Assembly (NCBI GenBank): GCA_037969075.1
Contig: JBBKWS010000003.1
Location: 1 to 20,089 of the forward strand
DNA length: 20,089 nucleotides
Origin: Bdellovibrionales bacterium
GTDB taxonomy: Bacteria; Bdellovibrionota; Bdellovibrionia; Bdellovibrionales; UBA840
Direction of reading: 5' to 3'
Shown here in pieces: positions 17,084 through 20,089 of the stretch. The notes below the pieces were generated by a model. That model had not been told where the DNA came from. It saw only the letters and a program-made list of their open reading frames with translations, and did not search any database. The stretch's first letter is position 1, and each line of letters begins with the position of its first letter. Made by a program: the position numbers and the translations under genes.

Positions 17084-17566
17084 TTAAGGAAACTTTCTCT
17101 TGTTTTTAGGAACACGAGGTCTTTCTGATACATCAAAATAATTAGCAGGTAGCCTAGAGACTTCCTGCTGCATTTTTGCTAATTGTTTTTGACGTGTTTC
17201 CATACGAGTTTGGCTATCTTCGTCTCTTTTTTTGATGAATTTCTCTCGACTTTTTTCGATCTTCTGTCTTCGCGACTCTCTTTTCTCGACATATTTTTCG
17301 AAGCTTTTCTTGTCATTTTTAGCATTTACTTCTTGCTGCTCATTGCGAGTTTTAATGAATGCAAGTCGTTGCGCTTCTTCTTTTTCAAGGCTTTTAGCAG
17401 TGGTTTTTCGTTGGTCTGCTTGCGCTTTTTTCTCAATTTGTAATTTCTTAGCTTTTTCATCAAGATACGAGGCATAGTATGGATCTTCTTGATAGCGAAT
17501 TTCTTCGTCAAGGTTTTCGAAGTAAACTTGTGCACTCGCAATTTGTAAAAATAGTAATAATATCAT
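17084..17566 (-). CDS. Hypothetical secreted charged coiled-coil protein
   Basis: Very short signal MILLLFLQIASA|Q; K/E/R-rich helical body; sigma28-like promoter directly upstream. Confidence 0.75.
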   Translation of the reverse strand: MILLLFLQIASAQVYFENLDEEIRYQEDPYYASYLDEKAKKLQIEKKAQADQRKTTAKSLEKEEAQRLAFIKTRNEQQEVNAKNDKKSFEKYVEKRESRRQKIEKSREKFIKKRDEDSQTRMETRQKQLAKMQQEVSRLPANYFDVSERPRVPKNKRKFP

Positions 17567-17573
17567 GTGCTAT

Positions 17574-17600
17574 TTATCGGTATTTCTGAGTACAGGTTGA
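17574..17600 (-). promoter_or_regulatory. Putative sigma28 (FliA) promoter
   Basis: Minus strand TCAA-N15-ACCGATAA, ending 7 nt before ATG 17566. Confidence 0.65.
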
Positions 17601-17650
17601 GAGGCTTTCGTCTAGTTCTATAGATAGGAACTGACACCCCGCAAATTCCA

Positions 17651-17679
17651 TTGAGAAGAGAGTCGGGGTGCTATACATT
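17651..17679 (+). promoter_or_regulatory. Putative sigma70 promoter of the aconitase
   Basis: TTGAGA-N17-TACATT; SD AGGAG at 17697-17701. Confidence 0.45.
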
Positions 17680-17706
17680 ATATACGTCTAGAATATAGGA
17701 GTTATT

Positions 17707-20089
17707 ATGGCTATTGAAACTACATCTCAGTTAGTAAAATCAACATATAAGAAAATGCAATCCAATTTAAAGATTATACGCTCTCGCCTTAAGCGCCCAC
17801 TTACATTGGCAGAAAAAATCATGTTTGGGCATCTGGTTGATCCTAAAGGGCAGGATCTAACTAGGGGTGAAAGCTTTTTACTTTTACAACCAGACAGAGT
17901 TGCGATGCAAGATGCGACTGCGCAGATGGCATTACTGCAATTCATGTTGGCAGGAAAAGTAGAAGCGGCCGTACCTTCTACTGTTCATTGTGATCATTTG
18001 ATCCGCGCGAATGCTGGTGAAGAAATAGATATGCAAATTGCAATGTCAGAAAATAAAGAAGTTTTTGATTTTTTACAAAGCGTATCTAGTCGATACGGAA
18101 TTGGTTTTTGGAAACCTGGCGCTGGTATTATCCATCAGGTTGTACTTGAAAATTATGCATTTCCAGGTGGATTAATGATAGGGACTGATTCGCATACTCC
18201 TAATGCTGGTGGCCTAGGCATGTCAGCAATAGGCGTGGGTGGAGCGGATGCTGCTGATGTGATGGCGGGTCTTCCGTGGGAAGTAAAAAACCCTAAATTA
18301 ATAGGGGTACATCTGACAGGAAAACTGAATGGTTGGACATCATCAAAAGATGTTATTTTAAAGCTTTTGGACATACTTACAGTGAAGGGTGGAACTAACT
18401 GTATCGTTGAATATTTTGGTGAAGGTACAAAATCATTGTCTTGTACTGGTAAGGGCACAATTTGCAATATGGGCGCAGAGCTTGGTGCTACAACATCTAT
18501 TTTTCCGTATGATGATCGTATGTCATCTTACCTTGGTGCGACTAAGCGTAGTGAGCTAGCGGATATAGCTGCTGCTCATGAAGAGTTATTGACGGCTGAT
18601 CCAGAAATTGAAAAAGATCCATCTAAGTATTTTGACCAAGTGATTGAAATAAACTTATCTACATTAGAGCCGCATCTTGTGGGTCCACATACGCCTGATT
18701 TAGCGCATACAATTTCTAATATGGCTGAGAATGCAAAAAAGAACTCATGGGAAACTAAACTTTCAGCGGCATTAATTGGTTCATGTACTAATTCATCTTA
18801 CGAAGATATTGGCAGAGCAACTCATGTTGCTAACCAAGCAATTGAAAAAGGGATGAAAATTAATATTCCTTTTTTTGTTTCTCCAGGATCTACACAAATT
18901 CATCAAACAGTACAGCGCGATGGACAAATGGAAATTTTAAATAAAGCTGGCGCTACAGTACTTGCAAATGCTTGTGGACCTTGCATTGGTCAGTGGAAAC
19001 GCGATGAAATGAAAGCTGGCACTAAAAATACAATTGTAACTTCATTTAATAGAAATTTTAGAGGAAGAAATGATTCTAACCCGGAAACCTTAGGCTTCAT
19101 AGGTAGTCCAGAGCTAGTTATAGCTTTGGGATTGGCGGGTAGAGTTGATTTTAATCCACTCAAAGAAGAGTTAACAGCACCAGATGGTACAAAGTTTAAA
19201 CTAATTCCACCAACGGCTCCTGAGTTTCCGGAAAAAGGTTTTGTTGCTGATATGCAAGGCTACGCAGCACCTAAAGGTAGTAGTGCAAATGTAAATGTAG
19301 ATCCTAACTCTAATCGCTTACAATTGTTGACACCGTTTACTCCATGGGATGGTAAAGATATCATTGATGTACCATTACTTCTAAAGGCAAAGGGCAAGTG
19401 CACAACAGATCATATTAGTCCCGCAGGTCCTTGGTTAAAGTATAGAGGTCATTTAGATAATATCTCAGATAACATGTTAATTGGTGCAACGAATGCGTTT
19501 ACCGGTGAAACAGGTACAGTAAATGATCCGTTTACTGGTGAAAAGAGCATCAACGTCTCTAAGCAAGCCCGCGAGTACAAGGCGCAGGGTAAGCAATGGA
19601 TTATTGTTGGAGATGAGAACTACGGAGAAGGTAGCTCAAGAGAGCACGCAGCGATGAGCCCAAGATTTTTAAATGGCATAGCTGTTATTGTTAAGTCATT
19701 TGCTAGAATCCATGAAACCAATCTGAAGAAACAGGGAATGTTAGCGCTTACTTTTGCTAGAGCCTCGGATTATGAAAAAATTAAAGAAGATGATTTATTG
19801 TCAGTTATTGGCGTAAAAAACTTTTCGCCGGGTGAAAATTTAATATTACGGGCCTTGCACGCCGATGGTAGCGTAGAAGATATTGCTTTGGCGCATACCT
19901 ATAGTAAGGAGCAAATTAGTTGGTTTAAGGCAGGGTCAGCGTTGAATATGTTACGCAAAGTAAAGCCTGCAGCCGAAAAGAAGTCTGCGACTAAAAAGAA
20001 GGCTCCATCTAAGAAGAAGGCTCCATCTAAGAAGAAGGCTCCATCTAAGAAGAAGGCTCCATCTAAGAAGAAGGCTCCATCTAAGAAGA
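17707..20089 (+). CDS. acn: Aconitate hydratase, mitochondrial-type, 3'-incomplete, with Lys-rich repeat tail (missing from the ORF track because no stop falls in the window)
   Basis: Hand-translated open frame of 794 codons: [52 protein letters not shown] (Fe-S Cys), [35 protein letters not shown]. Confidence 0.97.
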   Translation, partial: MAIETTSQLVKSTYKKMQSNLKIIRSRLKRPLTLAEKIMFGHLVDPKGQDLTRGESFLLLQPDRVAMQDATAQMALLQFMLAGKVEAAVPSTVHCDHLIRANAGEEIDMQIAMSENKEVFDFLQSVSSRYGIGFWKPGAGIIHQVVLENYAFPGGLMIGTDSHTPNAGGLGMSAIGVGGADAADVMAGLPWEVKNPKLIGVHLTGKLNGWTSSKDVILKLLDILTVKGGTNCIVEYFGEGTKSLSCTGKGTICNMGAELGATTSIFPYDDRMSSYLGATKRSELADIAAAHEELLTADPEIEKDPSKYFDQVIEINLSTLEPHLVGPHTPDLAHTISNMAENAKKNSWETKLSAALIGSCTNSSYEDIGRATHVANQAIEKGMKINIPFFVSPGSTQIHQTVQRDGQMEILNKAGATVLANACGPCIGQWKRDEMKAGTKNTIVTSFNRNFRGRNDSNPETLGFIGSPELVIALGLAGRVDFNPLKEELTAPDGTKFKLIPPTAPEFPEKGFVADMQGYAAPKGSSANVNVDPNSNRLQLLTPFTPWDGKDIIDVPLLLKAKGKCTTDHISPAGPWLKYRGHLDNISDNMLIGATNAFTGETGTVNDPFTGEKSINVSKQAREYKAQGKQWIIVGDENYGEGSSREHAAMSPRFLNGIAVIVKSFARIHETNLKKQGMLALTFARASDYEKIKEDDLLSVIGVKNFSPGENLILRALHADGSVEDIALAHTYSKEQISWFKAGSALNMLRKVKPAAEKKSATKKKAPSKKKAPSKKKAPSKKKAPSKKKAPSKK
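19993..20089 (+). repeat. 18-bp tandem repeat AAGAAGAAGGCTCCATCT encoding KKKAPS
   Basis: One unit with a single mismatch (19993-20010), four identical units (20011-20082) and a partial unit at the window end; in frame with the aconitase. Confidence 0.97.

Noticed and set aside
5235..17541. Other short overlapping ORFs in the track (e.g. 5235-5690, 11471-11800, 14085-14363, 17183-17541)
   Set aside because: They lie antisense or out of frame within well-supported genes and show no motifs.
17614..17632. Resemblance to the FRT recombination site (AGTTC.TAT..ATAGGAACT)
   Set aside because: Partial match without the 8-bp spacer and full arms; no recombinase nearby; coincidental.
17727..18467. 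Minus-strand ORFs 17727-17945 and 18153-18467
   Set aside because: Antisense shadows of the aconitase gene on the plus strand.
19993..20089. Terminal repeat as a CRISPR array or telomere-like repeat
   Set aside because: The units are head-to-tail with no spacers, have a length divisible by 3 and are in frame with the aconitase. It is a coding tandem repeat.

Overview
AT-rich, tightly packed bacterial chromosomal segment, most likely Bdellovibrionota. This is inferred from the archaeal-type Topo VI pair, a 'YQNC' lipoprotein N-terminus, sigma28-like promoters and a mitochondrial-type aconitase. It starts inside a 5S rRNA and ends inside a perfect 18-bp tandem repeat, so it may be a whole contig broken at repeats. 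In order it holds: the 5S rRNA 3' part and terminator; a lipoprotein; a secreted K/E/A coiled-coil protein; an FNR-type oxidoreductase; a TRAM-less m5U RNA methyltransferase; a coupled NtrC-type regulator-cdsA-plsC operon; serA convergent with a D-2-hydroxyglutarate-dehydrogenase-like gene; an RR-RR-HK-Hpt phosphorelay; grxD-bolA; a lipoprotein; a small HNH nuclease; top6B-top6A; a small secreted protein; and a >=794-codon aconitase (17707 to window end) that the ORF track missed. The most notable signals are a histone-H1-like (KKKAPS)n tail fused to the aconitase, a similar Lys-rich tail on Top6B, and a perfect 22-bp palindrome covering the start codon of the HNH gene just upstream of top6B.
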